Shown: positions 1-8,463 of the stretch, one piece after another
Layout: every line of letters starts with the position of its first letter
Position numbering within the stretch: position 1 is the stretch's first letter
IMG/VR virus record: IMGVR_UViG_3300045988_033250
Location: 1 to 35,562 of that record
DNA length: 35,562 nucleotides
Origin: a virus
Direction: 5' to 3' (one strand)
Program-made: the position numbers and the translations under genes
Notes under the pieces: generated by a model
Told to the model about the DNA's origin: nothing
The model's input: only the letters and a program-made list of their open reading frames with translations
The model's database searches: none

Positions 1-55
1 ACATTATAAGATCAGGAGCGACATTTACGGCAACGGCACTAGACGGAACAACGTT
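1..55. repeat. Left copy of exact 55-bp terminal overlap (identical to 35508-35562)
   Basis: acattataagatcaggagcgacatttacggcaacggcactagacggaacaacgtt is present at both ends of the window. The ORF starting at 35342 continues in frame into base 56. Confidence 0.95.
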
Positions 56-119
56 TGATTTCACTCAACGAACATATTCAGCAATTGATAATGCAGGAAT
101 TGATGAAATATGCGTATAA
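1..119 (+). CDS. 3' part of wrap-around tail-fibre-like gene (starts at 35342, stop TAA 117-119; 94 aa in total)
   Basis: Carrying the 35342 frame through the overlap gives ...ATALDGTTFDFTQRTYSAIDNAGIDEICV*. Codons in this window start at base 3. Confidence 0.8.
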   Translation, partial: IIRSGATFTATALDGTTFDFTQRTYSAIDNAGIDEICV

Positions 120-132
120 GGGGGGTTAAAAT

Positions 133-687
133 ATGGCATTTTTAGACGAAACAGGACTTGCCTACTTTTGGGGCAAGGTAAAAGCGAAAATAACAGATAG
201 CAAAACAGAGACAATCAATGCAGTTTATCCAATTGGCTCTATTTACATGAGCGTAAATGATACTAAACCATCAACACTTTTTGGTGGTACGTGGGAAAGA
301 CTTGAAGGACGTTTCTTAATTGGAGCAGGGACAAACATGAGAACAAACACTAATGAAAGTTTTGGCTCACTTGGGATAGGAGAACCAGAATTTGCAAATG
401 GTGAAAGAGGTGGCCAATACTATCATAAATTAGGTATTGATGAAATGCCTGAACATCATCATGATACAAACGACTGGACAATTGTTGCTAACAAGGACGC
501 TGTTAAGATAAAAACCAATTTTGGGGCTAAGTGTATTGAATTTAATACGGAAGCTACTAATATCGTGCCTAACATAAAAGCAACTAAAAACGAAGATGGC
601 AACGCAACTGGAGACTCAGGCGGAGGAAAAGCACATAGCAATATGCCACCATACTTAGCAGTTTACATGTGGAAAAGAACGGCATAA
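133..687 (+). CDS. Tail-collar / receptor-binding fibre tip protein (phage tail collar domain-like)
   Basis: Motifs YPIGSIY...FGGTWE...GRFLIGAG...MPEHHHD...AHSNMPPYLAVYMWKRT are typical of the phage tail collar (MdpB/gp12 C-terminal-like) family. RBS GGGGG lies upstream of the ATG. Confidence 0.8.
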   Translation: MAFLDETGLAYFWGKVKAKITDSKTETINAVYPIGSIYMSVNDTKPSTLFGGTWERLEGRFLIGAGTNMRTNTNESFGSLGIGEPEFANGERGGQYYHKLGIDEMPEHHHDTNDWTIVANKDAVKIKTNFGAKCIEFNTEATNIVPNIKATKNEDGNATGDSGGGKAHSNMPPYLAVYMWKRTA

Positions 688-723
688 ATAAGGCTATAAC
701 ATGCTAAGAAAGGAGGGATAAAG

Positions 724-2385
724 GTGATCAGAGTATTTTCTCCTACAGATAAAATATTCACGTCAAATGGTGATGCGGTTATCCGACCATTCAAGGCAAA
801 AGTGCATAAAGAGGACAACGGAAAATTCTATCTGAATATTGAAGCAGACATATCATATGTTGACATTCTGACAGCAAATAGAATCATTGTTGCAGATACG
901 CCACAGGGTGCGCAGGCATTTCGCATTAAAAATCCAGAAAAGACAAAACACAAGATTACGATAAAAGCACAGCATATATCATATGATGCAGAAAACTATG
1001 TGATCGCAGACAGTTATGTTGTCGATAAGAATTGCAATGATGCGATGGATCATCTGAACAGGGCTACGGACAATCCTAGCCCGTTTCAGGTGGTGTCTGA
1101 TATTGCAGAGGTAAATTCATACAGATGTGTTAGAACATCGCTGTATGATGCTTTTAGCACGGTTCTGGAGCGTTGGGGCGGACACTTTGTGCGTGACAAT
1201 TACAGATTCGGAATCATGAGCACTATTGGGCGTGACAATGGTGTGACTGTACGATATAAAAAGAATCTGAAGGAAATGACATGCACGGCAACCTGGGATA
1301 ATGTGGTTACAAAACTTATGCCAGTTGGAAAAGATGGCTTGCTGTTGGATGAGATTTATCTTTACAGCAAGACACAGTATGACATTCCATTTACAAAGGT
1401 CGTGTCTTTCAACCAAAATATTGACCAAGACCTGTACAAAGACGCAGACGGAAATCTTGACGAGGTTGCATACAATAATGCACTGGTTGATGATTTGAGA
1501 AAGCAGGGGCAGGCATACGTTGATGCCAATTGTGCGCCAAAAGTGAATTACACTTTAAAAGCAAACGTTGAAAAGCTGACTGATATAGGCGATACAATCG
1601 AAGTTATTGATGAACCAATGGGTGTTGATATTACAACGCATGTCATTTCGTATGACTATGATTGCATTCTAGGCAAGTATACGGAACTTGAATTTGGGAA
1701 TTTTCAGCAGAAAGTTTCTGACCTTATGGGAACAGTAAGCTCAACAATTCAGCAAAGCGTTGAAAAAAACAATGCGAACTTACAGGTGATATTCTCAGAT
1801 GCAATTCAGCAGGCGCAGGATACAATTCTAGGAATGCTTGGCAATTCGTATGTTGTGTATGATGGCGACAAGATTCTTGTTGTCGATGCATTGCCAAAGG
1901 AAGAAGCGCACAACGTTATTATGATCAACAGCGGTGGTATTGCATTTTCAAGCACTGGAATCAATGGAGATTTTGAAAGTGCATGGACGATTGACAATGT
2001 GCTGAATATGCAACATATAAATGTGATTAATCTTGTTGCTGACATGATTAAAGGTGGAACATTAAAGCTCGGTTCTAACCTTAATCAGAACGGACAGATT
2101 GAGGTATACGATGAAGCAAACAATCTGATTGCAAAGTTGGACAAAAACGGTCTGATTATGTACGGGCTTGATGGTTCATATCTGGTGGTCAATAATTCAG
2201 TCGGCTTTGCGGGATATGACCGCACAGGGGCTAAAACATTCTGGGTTTCAGGTGACGAGTTTCATCAGAAAAAATCTGTTATTGAGGAAGAGATCACGTT
2301 ATGCAACAAGGCAAGGTTTATTCCAATCACTGTAAAAGATGGCGATACTGTCGTTAATGATGGTATCGGCATTGTAGGGGTATAA
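724..2385 (+). CDS. Tal-like tail tip / minor structural protein (N-terminal region of prophage tail endopeptidase family)
   Basis: 553 aa with a GTG start after AGGAGGG. The N-terminus MIRVFSPTDKIFTSNGDAVI...A.V.E.NG...L resembles the siphophage Tal N-terminal domain. It lies in the tail module. Confidence 0.7.
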   Translation: MIRVFSPTDKIFTSNGDAVIRPFKAKVHKEDNGKFYLNIEADISYVDILTANRIIVADTPQGAQAFRIKNPEKTKHKITIKAQHISYDAENYVIADSYVVDKNCNDAMDHLNRATDNPSPFQVVSDIAEVNSYRCVRTSLYDAFSTVLERWGGHFVRDNYRFGIMSTIGRDNGVTVRYKKNLKEMTCTATWDNVVTKLMPVGKDGLLLDEIYLYSKTQYDIPFTKVVSFNQNIDQDLYKDADGNLDEVAYNNALVDDLRKQGQAYVDANCAPKVNYTLKANVEKLTDIGDTIEVIDEPMGVDITTHVISYDYDCILGKYTELEFGNFQQKVSDLMGTVSSTIQQSVEKNNANLQVIFSDAIQQAQDTILGMLGNSYVVYDGDKILVVDALPKEEAHNVIMINSGGIAFSSTGINGDFESAWTIDNVLNMQHINVINLVADMIKGGTLKLGSNLNQNGQIEVYDEANNLIAKLDKNGLIMYGLDGSYLVVNNSVGFAGYDRTGAKTFWVSGDEFHQKKSVIEEEITLCNKARFIPITVKDGDTVVNDGIGIVGV

Positions 2386-2386
2386 T

Positions 2387-4105
2387 ATGGCTACATCAGG
2401 AACATTTAAGACATCAGCGTATGATGGTGCATGTTTACAATTTGACTGGTTATTAAAAAGCCAGAGTACCGTAAACAATCAGTCGGTTATCTCATGGACA
2501 TTAAAAGGTGCAGGAATCAAGTCTGGCTATTGGTACATGGCAGGTCCTTTCAAGTGCACTGTAAACGGCACTGTTGTTTATCAATCAAACACTAGAATTA
2601 AGTTATACACTGGAACGGTTGTTGCATCTGGAGAGCTTGCAATCGGACATGAAACCAACGGTTCAAAGACATTCAGTGCATATGCAGAGTGTGCAATCTA
2701 TACATCGGCTGTAAATTGCAAAGGTTCTGGAAGTTGGAGCCTTCACGATATTGGCAGAGCATCACAGCCAAGTTTGAATACATGGCCTAACAATTCTCCG
2801 AATTTTAACATCGGAGACACAATTGTGGTACATATGAACCGCAAATCAACCGTGTTTACGCATACAGTGGTGCTGAAGTTGGGTTCATACAGTTATACCA
2901 TCGGCACAGGTGTAACGGATAATATTTCTCTTGATACAGACAGGATTGCATCGAATCTTTATGCACAAATGCCAAACAGTAATGAAATGACAGGCGAAAT
3001 TGATGTCACAACGTACAGTGGCAGTGCAGTTATAGGTACGTCAAGCTGTACAATCATTGCGCACGTTGTAAATTCTAATCCTACATTTAATGTTGAATAT
3101 GAGGATTCAAATTCTAAAACGGTTGCAATTACAGAAAACAATCAGTACATTATCAGGAATAACTCGACATTGAAAATCAGCGTAAACAATGCGCAGGCAT
3201 TAAACAGTGCCACGTTAAAAACAATTACTGCTGTTGTAAATGGAAATGTATATACAGGCACTTTAAGTGGCACTACAGGCGTTGTAAACGTTGGTATGGT
3301 AAATATATCATCCGATGCAAAAGTGACCGTTAAAATCGTTGATTCGAGGGGAAATGCGGGGCAAAAAGAGATCACGGTGCTTGTGTATGACTGGACATTG
3401 CCAAGTGCAATCATCAAGTTGAACCGCAAAAGCAATTATTATTCAGAAAGCATCTTGAATGTCAATGCGAATTATTCTTCAATCGGTGGGAAAAATGAGA
3501 TAACGATTAAGTACCGCACAAAGAAGGTTGCAAATAGCACATATAGCACTTACACGACAATTCAGGATAACACCGATACGAATTTTTCGGCTGATAACGA
3601 GTATGAGTGGAACGTGCAGATTAATATTGCAGACAAGCTAGGCAATACAACCTACAATCTGATTCTCCCGAAGGGGATTCCTATTGCTTATGTTGACATC
3701 AAGAAATACAGCTTTGGTGTAAATTGTTTCCCAAAGCATGACAACAGCCTTGAAGTCAATGGCGTGTGCATTAGTGGTAAGGTGCTTTACAACAGTGCAA
3801 ATGGAACAGCAGGAACCGTCACATTGTCAGACAGTGCGGAAAATTACACATATCTAGAAATCTTTTACAGATCATCAGGTGATAATGCTTGTGGCAGTGT
3901 TAAGGTATTCAGCCCGAACGGAAAACTTGTGCATTTAGGAACGATTCACTATATTGCAGATTATGACTATGCAAAGTTCGCTCTCGTTAGTGTGTCGGGT
4001 TCAATGATCACATTTAGCCAGAATTACAAGATTACTCTAAAAAGCAACGGCTCAGTATATTCAGCAGAAAATGCGATTTTTATAACAAGAGTGGTTGGAT
4101 ATTAA
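2387..4105 (+). CDS. Siphovirus host-specificity / baseplate protein (DUF859-like N-terminus)
   Basis: 572 aa. The N-terminal pattern GTFKTSAY...LQFDWLLKSQSTVNNQSVISWTLKGAG...GELAIGHETNGSKTF resembles DUF859 siphovirus proteins. It is the last gene of the tail operon and is followed by terminators. Confidence 0.6.
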   Translation: MATSGTFKTSAYDGACLQFDWLLKSQSTVNNQSVISWTLKGAGIKSGYWYMAGPFKCTVNGTVVYQSNTRIKLYTGTVVASGELAIGHETNGSKTFSAYAECAIYTSAVNCKGSGSWSLHDIGRASQPSLNTWPNNSPNFNIGDTIVVHMNRKSTVFTHTVVLKLGSYSYTIGTGVTDNISLDTDRIASNLYAQMPNSNEMTGEIDVTTYSGSAVIGTSSCTIIAHVVNSNPTFNVEYEDSNSKTVAITENNQYIIRNNSTLKISVNNAQALNSATLKTITAVVNGNVYTGTLSGTTGVVNVGMVNISSDAKVTVKIVDSRGNAGQKEITVLVYDWTLPSAIIKLNRKSNYYSESILNVNANYSSIGGKNEITIKYRTKKVANSTYSTYTTIQDNTDTNFSADNEYEWNVQINIADKLGNTTYNLILPKGIPIAYVDIKKYSFGVNCFPKHDNSLEVNGVCISGKVLYNSANGTAGTVTLSDSAENYTYLEIFYRSSGDNACGSVKVFSPNGKLVHLGTIHYIADYDYAKFALVSVSGSMITFSQNYKITLKSNGSVYSAENAIFITRVVGY

Positions 4106-4161
4106 ACAAAATCATGATATACTATTAGTGCAGTGTTTCATGTTCACTGCATTCCTTTCTC

Positions 4162-4193
4162 AGCCTGTCGGTTTTCGGCGGGCTGTTTTTTTT
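4162..4193 (+). terminator. Rho-independent terminator ending the late/tail operon
   Basis: Stem agcctgtcg / cggcgggct (two G-U pairs), loop gtttt, followed by a T8 run. A second 7-bp hairpin (tgcagtg...cactgca) lies at 4131-4153. Confidence 0.75.
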
Positions 4194-4361
4194 ATTTGCA
4201 AAATTCTATACTAACTTGTCATAGCCTACAGGTCGCATAATGTTAGTAAAGAAAAAATCACCGTTTGCATTCGGTGATTGAATGGTGTATATTATAGATG
4301 TATTTTCGTTGACATTGGTCATAGATTCTCCTAGTAAATGGCAGGCAGAAATGTCTGCTTT
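4194..4361. other. Candidate attP region (non-coding gap between tail operon and serine integrase)
   Basis: 168-bp gap next to the integrase 3' end. It contains a 7-bp inverted repeat tactaac (4209-4215) / gttagta (4242-4248) flanking a 26-bp core. Assignment is by position only. Confidence 0.3.
4252..4278 (-). terminator. Rho-independent terminator for the integrase gene (minus strand)
   Basis: Hairpin atcaccg (4257-4263) / cggtgat (4272-4278). The A6 run on the + strand is a U-run after the hairpin on the minus strand. It lies downstream of the integrase stop. Confidence 0.6.
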
Positions 4362-5696
4362 TTACTTGAAGAAAACTTCTATTCCATCAGGGGAAACATG
4401 GACAGAATCAAGGACATTTCGCCACAAGGTGCGCTTGTTTTCACGTGTGAGATTGTCATATATTGAGCGCCAACCGCTGTTCAAAAATTGGTTAAGATGA
4501 TCAGTACTTTGAGGTTTGAAAGATTCAAGCCTTTTTATTTTGTCTTCCGTTTCTGCATATAGGCGTTCATAGGTGCTTACAGGCATACGTTTTTTGATGA
4601 ATATATAATTCAGATTATCAAGTTCTTTTCTTAGTTCTTTTAATTCCTTTTCGGTTGTGTCTTTTGTTTCAGATGTGATGCTTGATATTGTGGCTATATG
4701 GTTTTTCAAAAGATCGTCAAGGTTAGACAACAGATATTTTTCCGTTGCCAGTTCTGCATAGTGTTTTTTGTGGGTACATGTATGCACTGAGTGGGCATTA
4801 TTACATCTATAGTAATAATATCGTTTGCCACCTTTTGGATGGCTCACTCCAACAAGCTTAGAACGGCATTCTGGGCATCTTAACAGTCCAGTGAATAAAT
4901 ATGTATGGCGCTGTATTCCTGTGCGTATATTGGCTTGTAATGCGGTCTGAACGGCATTGTATGTTTCTTTCGTGATGTATGGCTCGGCGTAGTTGGAGTT
5001 TCCACGATATGATCCTGCATAAAATTCATTCTTTAAAATGTGCATGTAGGCCATGTAAGGCCGAGACAGTCCGTATTTCTGGTTGACGTATTCGACTGTA
5101 TGATGGACTGACTGATGCAGGAGAAATGATTCGAAAATGTCTTTCACGATTGGTGCTTTGGATTCATCAATCACAATGCGTTTATTGCCGTTTTCTGTGG
5201 CAATCCTGTAGCCGAAAGGAACATTGCCAGTGATAGGTTGACCTTGTGCAATCTTGTACTCAAATACGGCTTTGATGCGTTCAGAGCCTTTTTTTAATTC
5301 ATGCTCCGCAAGGTTGACTTTAAGGTTGAACATAAACAAGCCGTTTGCGGTGGACGTGTTTATGTCGTCCTCACAAATGGAAATCATGGCAACATTGTTT
5401 TGTTGAAGAAGTTCAAGCATTTTATTAGCTTCAAGGACGTTACGTGACAAGCGGTCAAGGCGTGTGAAAGCTATGGCATCAAGATTTTTCAGGTTTGACA
5501 GCATGGATTGTAGTTGTGGACGTTTCATATTGCTTGCTGAGTAGCCCTCGTCGATATAAATGTTTTGCAATTGATGATTATGCTCGGAACACCAGTTTTT
5601 TATTTCGTCAATTTGTGCTTGTATTGAGTAACCATATTTCTTTTGTTCATCAGTAGATACACGGGCATAACCACCAATTCGTAAATTTTTTTTCAT
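4362..5696 (-). CDS. int: Large serine recombinase (phage integrase)
   Basis: The N-terminus MKKNLRIGGYARVSTDEQ is a resolvase catalytic domain with the Ser nucleophile. It also has a recombinase domain, a Cys-rich zinc ribbon (CPECRSKL...YYYRCNN...HTC) and a C-terminal coiled coil. The start at 5696 is preceded by GGAGG; the track ORF start at 5765 is an unsupported extension. Confidence 0.93.
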   Translation of the reverse strand: MKKNLRIGGYARVSTDEQKKYGYSIQAQIDEIKNWCSEHNHQLQNIYIDEGYSASNMKRPQLQSMLSNLKNLDAIAFTRLDRLSRNVLEANKMLELLQQNNVAMISICEDDINTSTANGLFMFNLKVNLAEHELKKGSERIKAVFEYKIAQGQPITGNVPFGYRIATENGNKRIVIDESKAPIVKDIFESFLLHQSVHHTVEYVNQKYGLSRPYMAYMHILKNEFYAGSYRGNSNYAEPYITKETYNAVQTALQANIRTGIQRHTYLFTGLLRCPECRSKLVGVSHPKGGKRYYYYRCNNAHSVHTCTHKKHYAELATEKYLLSNLDDLLKNHIATISSITSETKDTTEKELKELRKELDNLNYIFIKKRMPVSTYERLYAETEDKIKRLESFKPQSTDHLNQFLNSGWRSIYDNLTRENKRTLWRNVLDSVHVSPDGIEVFFK

Positions 5697-5837
5697 CAAA
5701 AATACCTCCGATTGATTGAAAATAAAAAAAGCAGTCCATACTAGCCATTGAAAGGCGGTGAGCATATGGACGCTGAAAGTTTCTATTCTTTGCTGTTTAA
5801 TCTTTATGCAGAACAGGAAGATCTCAAAATTGAATAT

Positions 5838-5859
5838 GAGTTAGACAACTCTTTTTTTT
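5838..5859 (+). terminator. Plus-strand intrinsic terminator-like hairpin between integrase and repressor
   Basis: gagtt-agac-aactc followed by T8. It is only terminator-like on the + strand and could insulate the immunity region from read-through or antisense transcription. Confidence 0.4.
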
Positions 5860-5871
5860 CGACAGATGGTT

Positions 5872-6213
5872 TCAATCAGAAACATTCTTGCTGTCAAGGT
5901 ACAGTTTCATTATCTTCAGATACAGCTCATCCTTCTCAGCTTCTGGAAGATCGTGAAACAGAGACTCGATGCGCAGTGTGAGGTCTGTCGCTTCATCGTA
6001 GCTTGACGTATCAATGCCAAAATATGAAATGTCGATTCCGTAAACCTCGCAAAAACGTTTCAGAGTTGAAAGAGTCAAGGAACGTTTTCCAGACTCAATA
6101 TTTGATATGGCAGGACGAGAAAGCCCGACCATTTCAGCAAGCTCAGACTGTTTAAGATCACGGGAGTTGCGTAGTTCTTTTAGTTTCCTTCCTATTGATT
6201 TATTATTGATCAT
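5872..6213 (-). CDS. XRE-family HTH repressor (CI-like), no peptidase domain
   Basis: IGRKLKELRNSRDLKQSELAEMVGLSRPAISNIESGKRSLTLSTLKRFCEVYG is a classical HTH_3 motif. It is divergent from a Cro-like gene and has RBS AGGTGGTG. Confidence 0.9.
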   Translation of the reverse strand: MINNKSIGRKLKELRNSRDLKQSELAEMVGLSRPAISNIESGKRSLTLSTLKRFCEVYGIDISYFGIDTSSYDEATDLTLRIESLFHDLPEAEKDELYLKIMKLYLDSKNVSD

Positions 6214-6360
6214 TATTCTTTACACCACCTAAAAAATTTATATTTCGATGATAACATAACGTTGCTATTTGAAACAATAAAAAATAATCGTATTTTGATT
6301 AAAAGTAGTTGCAATTTGATTACATAGGTTTATAATGTAATGCATGAAAGGGGGCATGAA
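6214..6360. promoter_or_regulatory. Divergent immunity control region with rightward early promoter
   Basis: -35 TTGCAA (6309-6314), 16-nt spacer, -10 TATAAT (6331-6336) facing the Cro-like gene. Inverted repeat TAATC-N7-GATTA lies at 6285-6301, with repeated TTTGATTA half-sites at 6294 and 6315 as candidate operators. Confidence 0.6.
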
Positions 6361-6555
6361 ATGAAAAGAGCAGAATTGAAAGCATTCAGAATTTCAAAGG
6401 GTTTTACTCAGAAGGACGTTGCAGAAATGCTTGGAATATCAACGAGCCATTATGCTTGTATTGAGCAGGGAACGCACAATCCTTCTACAGAGCTTGTCAA
6501 AGTGTTCTGCAAAGTATTTGGATATGAATATGCAAATTTGATTATTGGGAGCTGA
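6361..6555 (+). CDS. Cro-like XRE-family HTH protein
   Basis: MKRAELKAFRISKGFTQKDVAEMLGISTSHYACIEQG is an HTH_3 motif. The ATG at 6361 is preceded by AAAGGGGG. Confidence 0.85.
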   Translation: MKRAELKAFRISKGFTQKDVAEMLGISTSHYACIEQGTHNPSTELVKVFCKVFGYEYANLIIGS

Positions 6556-6559
6556 AAAA

Positions 6560-6682
6560 ATGTTAGAAATCGTAGCAGAAATCGTAAAAAGAGGGCAAGC
6601 AGAAGAATTAAGAAAAATTATTAAACAGTACGAAATTGATGTTTCAAAAAGAAAGGAAAACAAGAAAAATGATAGGATTTGA
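6560..6682 (+). CDS. Small hypothetical protein (40 aa)
   Basis: ORF MLEIVAEIVKRGQAEELRKIIKQYEIDVSKRKENKKNDRI fills the Cro-ERF gap. It is below the ORF-track cutoff and has a weak RBS. Confidence 0.3.
   Translation: MLEIVAEIVKRGQAEELRKIIKQYEIDVSKRKENKKNDRI
6641..6655 (+). repeat. Copy of the GTTTCAAAAAGAAAC element (variant GTTTCAAAAAGAAAG)
   Basis: gtttcaaaaagaaaggaaaacaagaaaaatg lies immediately upstream of the ERF start codon. Confidence 0.8.
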
Positions 6683-7286
6683 AAACATTACAACAGAAGT
6701 CGCAACTGATTTAATCGAGCTAGTAAATCAGTTAAGAGGACTTGAAAAGTCTGCACAGGTCAACTATTCTGTGCAGAACAGAAAAACAGGGGAATGGATG
6801 CGCAAGGCATTTGATTATGTGCCATTAGACAACATTTTAAACAAAATCAAGGAAAATCAGAATTTTGCACTTTTACAGCCAATCGGAGTTGACGAGAACG
6901 GCATAAACGGTGTTCGCTGTATTCTGGTACACAAGAGCGGGCATGTATTTGAAACAAACACTTATCCGTTTGCAGTTAAGGAAGGTGCGAAGCTTCAGGA
7001 TGAAGGTGCAGAGATCACATACCGTAAGCGTTATTCATTAGGTGCATTCCTTGGTATGGCAACTGAAGAAGACACAGACGGAAACGATGATGAAGCAACG
7101 AACAGCACGGAACGCAAGGCATCACCAAGACAAATCGTAGTATTGAGCAAGATCTATACAGGCGAGAATCTTGAAAAGCTGTTAAGGATGAACAATATCG
7201 AAAAGCTGGAAGACATGCCGATGTCGAAGGCAAGTGAGTTGATCAGTAAGAACATGAAGCAGAGAAAGGAAAATAGACATGAATAA
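6669..7286 (+). CDS. ERF-family single-strand annealing protein
   Basis: AFDYVPLDNILNKIK...VRCILVHKSGH...GAEITYRKRYSLGAFLGMATEEDTDGNDD matches the ERF superfamily signature (ITY.RRY.L...LGI..DDDG). The start could instead be 6636 or 6639. Confidence 0.8.
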   Translation: MIGFENITTEVATDLIELVNQLRGLEKSAQVNYSVQNRKTGEWMRKAFDYVPLDNILNKIKENQNFALLQPIGVDENGINGVRCILVHKSGHVFETNTYPFAVKEGAKLQDEGAEITYRKRYSLGAFLGMATEEDTDGNDDEATNSTERKASPRQIVVLSKIYTGENLEKLLRMNNIEKLEDMPMSKASELISKNMKQRKENRHE

Positions 7287-7566
7287 TTACGTACAATTTG
7301 TAGTATGCCAGCACACTGGCGATAGTAAAAAATACCTGTTCTATTCACCTGCTTTTTCCAACCTTGAGAAAGGTGACGAGGTTCTGGTTGATACGCAGTT
7401 CGGAGAAAAAAAGGCAACCGTGCTTGCAGTTTGCACTTCATCTAGTGAGGATGTGGAAAGAATATTGCGTGTTCTTGCAGGTGCAGAAGACAAGCCAGTC
7501 AAAAGAGTTATCGGCAAATATAATTTCGTTAAATTTGATTACAGCGAGGATGAAAACAATGGCTAA
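7279..7566 (+). CDS. Hypothetical protein
   Basis: 95-aa ORF in the same orientation, tightly packed with its neighbours. Confidence 0.6.
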   Translation: MNNYVQFVVCQHTGDSKKYLFYSPAFSNLEKGDEVLVDTQFGEKKATVLAVCTSSSEDVERILRVLAGAEDKPVKRVIGKYNFVKFDYSEDENNG

Positions 7567-7873
7567 TATTATTGAAAGAACAGGATCAGACGTTACTTTT
7601 TCTAAAGAAGCATGTGATAAAATCATCAGCCTTGAGAAACAGGCGAAAGATATCAAGAAACAGCAGGACAGCATGAAGAAAGAAATTCTTGATGCTATGC
7701 AGAAATATGGAGTATTAAAGATTGACAACGAGTTTCTGAAGATCGCATTTATTCCAGAGCATGACACAGAAAAGTTTGACAGCAAGACATTCAAGGAAGA
7801 GAATCCTGACGTATACGACTTGTACGCAAAAATTTCAAAAGTAAAACCATCCATCCGCATCACGGTGAAGTGA
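7559..7873 (+). CDS. Hypothetical coiled-coil protein of the recombination module
   Basis: MANIIERTGSDVTFSKEACDKIISLEKQAKDIKKQQDSMKKEILDAM... The ATG at 7559 lies 8 nt after GAGGA. The longer track ORF (7364) overlaps the previous gene. Confidence 0.65.
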   Translation: MANIIERTGSDVTFSKEACDKIISLEKQAKDIKKQQDSMKKEILDAMQKYGVLKIDNEFLKIAFIPEHDTEKFDSKTFKEENPDVYDLYAKISKVKPSIRITVK

Positions 7874-8463
7874 TGGAAACATTCAGCATTAAAGGTGGTA
7901 CGCTTGAATATTTCGATGATACTCATACATATCTGTATGATGGGCTTATATTGCCAAGCGTTACGCAGATTCTTGGTGTAAAATATAGAAATGATTATGC
8001 AAGCGTGCCTCCTGCCGTGTTGAATAATGCGGCTAAAAGAGGTACGGCAGTACATAAGGCAATCGAAAACTTTAATGTTTCGGGCTATGATGATGGAAGC
8101 GAAGCAGTGCGAAACTTTAAGTTTTTGCAGAAACAATACGGATTCGAGGTTCTGGACAGTGAGTTTCCGATTGTGATTTTCAAGGATGATATGCCGATAG
8201 CGTGTGGCAGACTTGACATGACAATGCTGATGGATGGTGAAACTGGCATTGCGGACATTAAAACAGTCAGTTCTTTAAACAAGGAAAAGATCGCATATCA
8301 GCTGAATTTATACCGCATCGGATTGATGCAAAGTTACGGAGTTGATGCAAAATTCCTGAAGATCATACATATTAGGAATGGTATCAGGAAAGTTGTTGAC
8401 TGCCCTGTAAACGAGGGCATGGCATTGGAAATCATAGAAGAATATTACAGAGGAAAGGAATAA
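7870..8463 (+). CDS. PD-(D/E)XK family exonuclease (RecB/Cas4-like fold, recombination partner of ERF)
   Basis: Motifs GTAVHKAIE, GRLDM, IADIKT (D-x-K) and QLNLYR are in the order typical of phage PD-(D/E)XK exonucleases. ATGA overlap with the upstream gene. Confidence 0.75.
   Translation: MMETFSIKGGTLEYFDDTHTYLYDGLILPSVTQILGVKYRNDYASVPPAVLNNAAKRGTAVHKAIENFNVSGYDDGSEAVRNFKFLQKQYGFEVLDSEFPIVIFKDDMPIACGRLDMTMLMDGETGIADIKTVSSLNKEKIAYQLNLYRIGLMQSYGVDAKFLKIIHIRNGIRKVVDCPVNEGMALEIIEEYYRGKE

Noticed and set aside
1-55. The 55-bp terminal repeat as genuine virion direct terminal repeats.
   Set aside because: The repeat lies in the middle of a tail-fibre coding sequence, and the genome carries the HNH plus P27-TerS combination typical of cos packaging with a separate non-coding packaging region. 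An assembly circularisation overlap is more parsimonious, but this cannot be proven without reads.
4282-4500. 72-aa + strand ORF at the attP/integrase boundary.
   Set aside because: It is mostly antisense to the integrase 3' end, has no RBS, and starts inside the candidate attP region.
5697-5765. N-terminal 23-codon extension of the integrase ORF (MLTAFQWLVWTAFFIFNQSEVFL).
   Set aside because: The serine recombinase catalytic domain begins at MKKNLRIGGYARVST, and that ATG (5696) has a GGAGG RBS. The extension has no RBS and no homology rationale.
5748-5981. 77-aa + strand ORF between the integrase and repressor.
   Set aside because: It runs through a + strand terminator hairpin and then overlaps the repressor gene antisense. 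Only the first ~30 codons are non-overlapping. No family resemblance was seen.
6636-6668. MFQKE... reading of the repeated element as a conserved leader peptide or true N-terminus of ERF, portal and other ORFs.
   Set aside because: None of the ATG-preceded copies has a Shine-Dalgarno sequence. Two copies lack the ATG. Downstream ATGs with proper RBS exist for ERF and portal. Conservation therefore appears to be at the nucleotide level.
7438-8136. 232-aa minus-strand ORF, plus many other antisense track ORFs (for example 29837-30241, 26314-26697, 22810-23148, 10329-10673, 14288-14596, 17951-18166, 17462-17698).
   Set aside because: Each lies antisense to + strand genes with recognisable family motifs or strong RBS signals. 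They lack Shine-Dalgarno sequences and have low-complexity Ser/Phe/Ile/Cys-rich translations typical of the reverse strand of AT-rich coding DNA.
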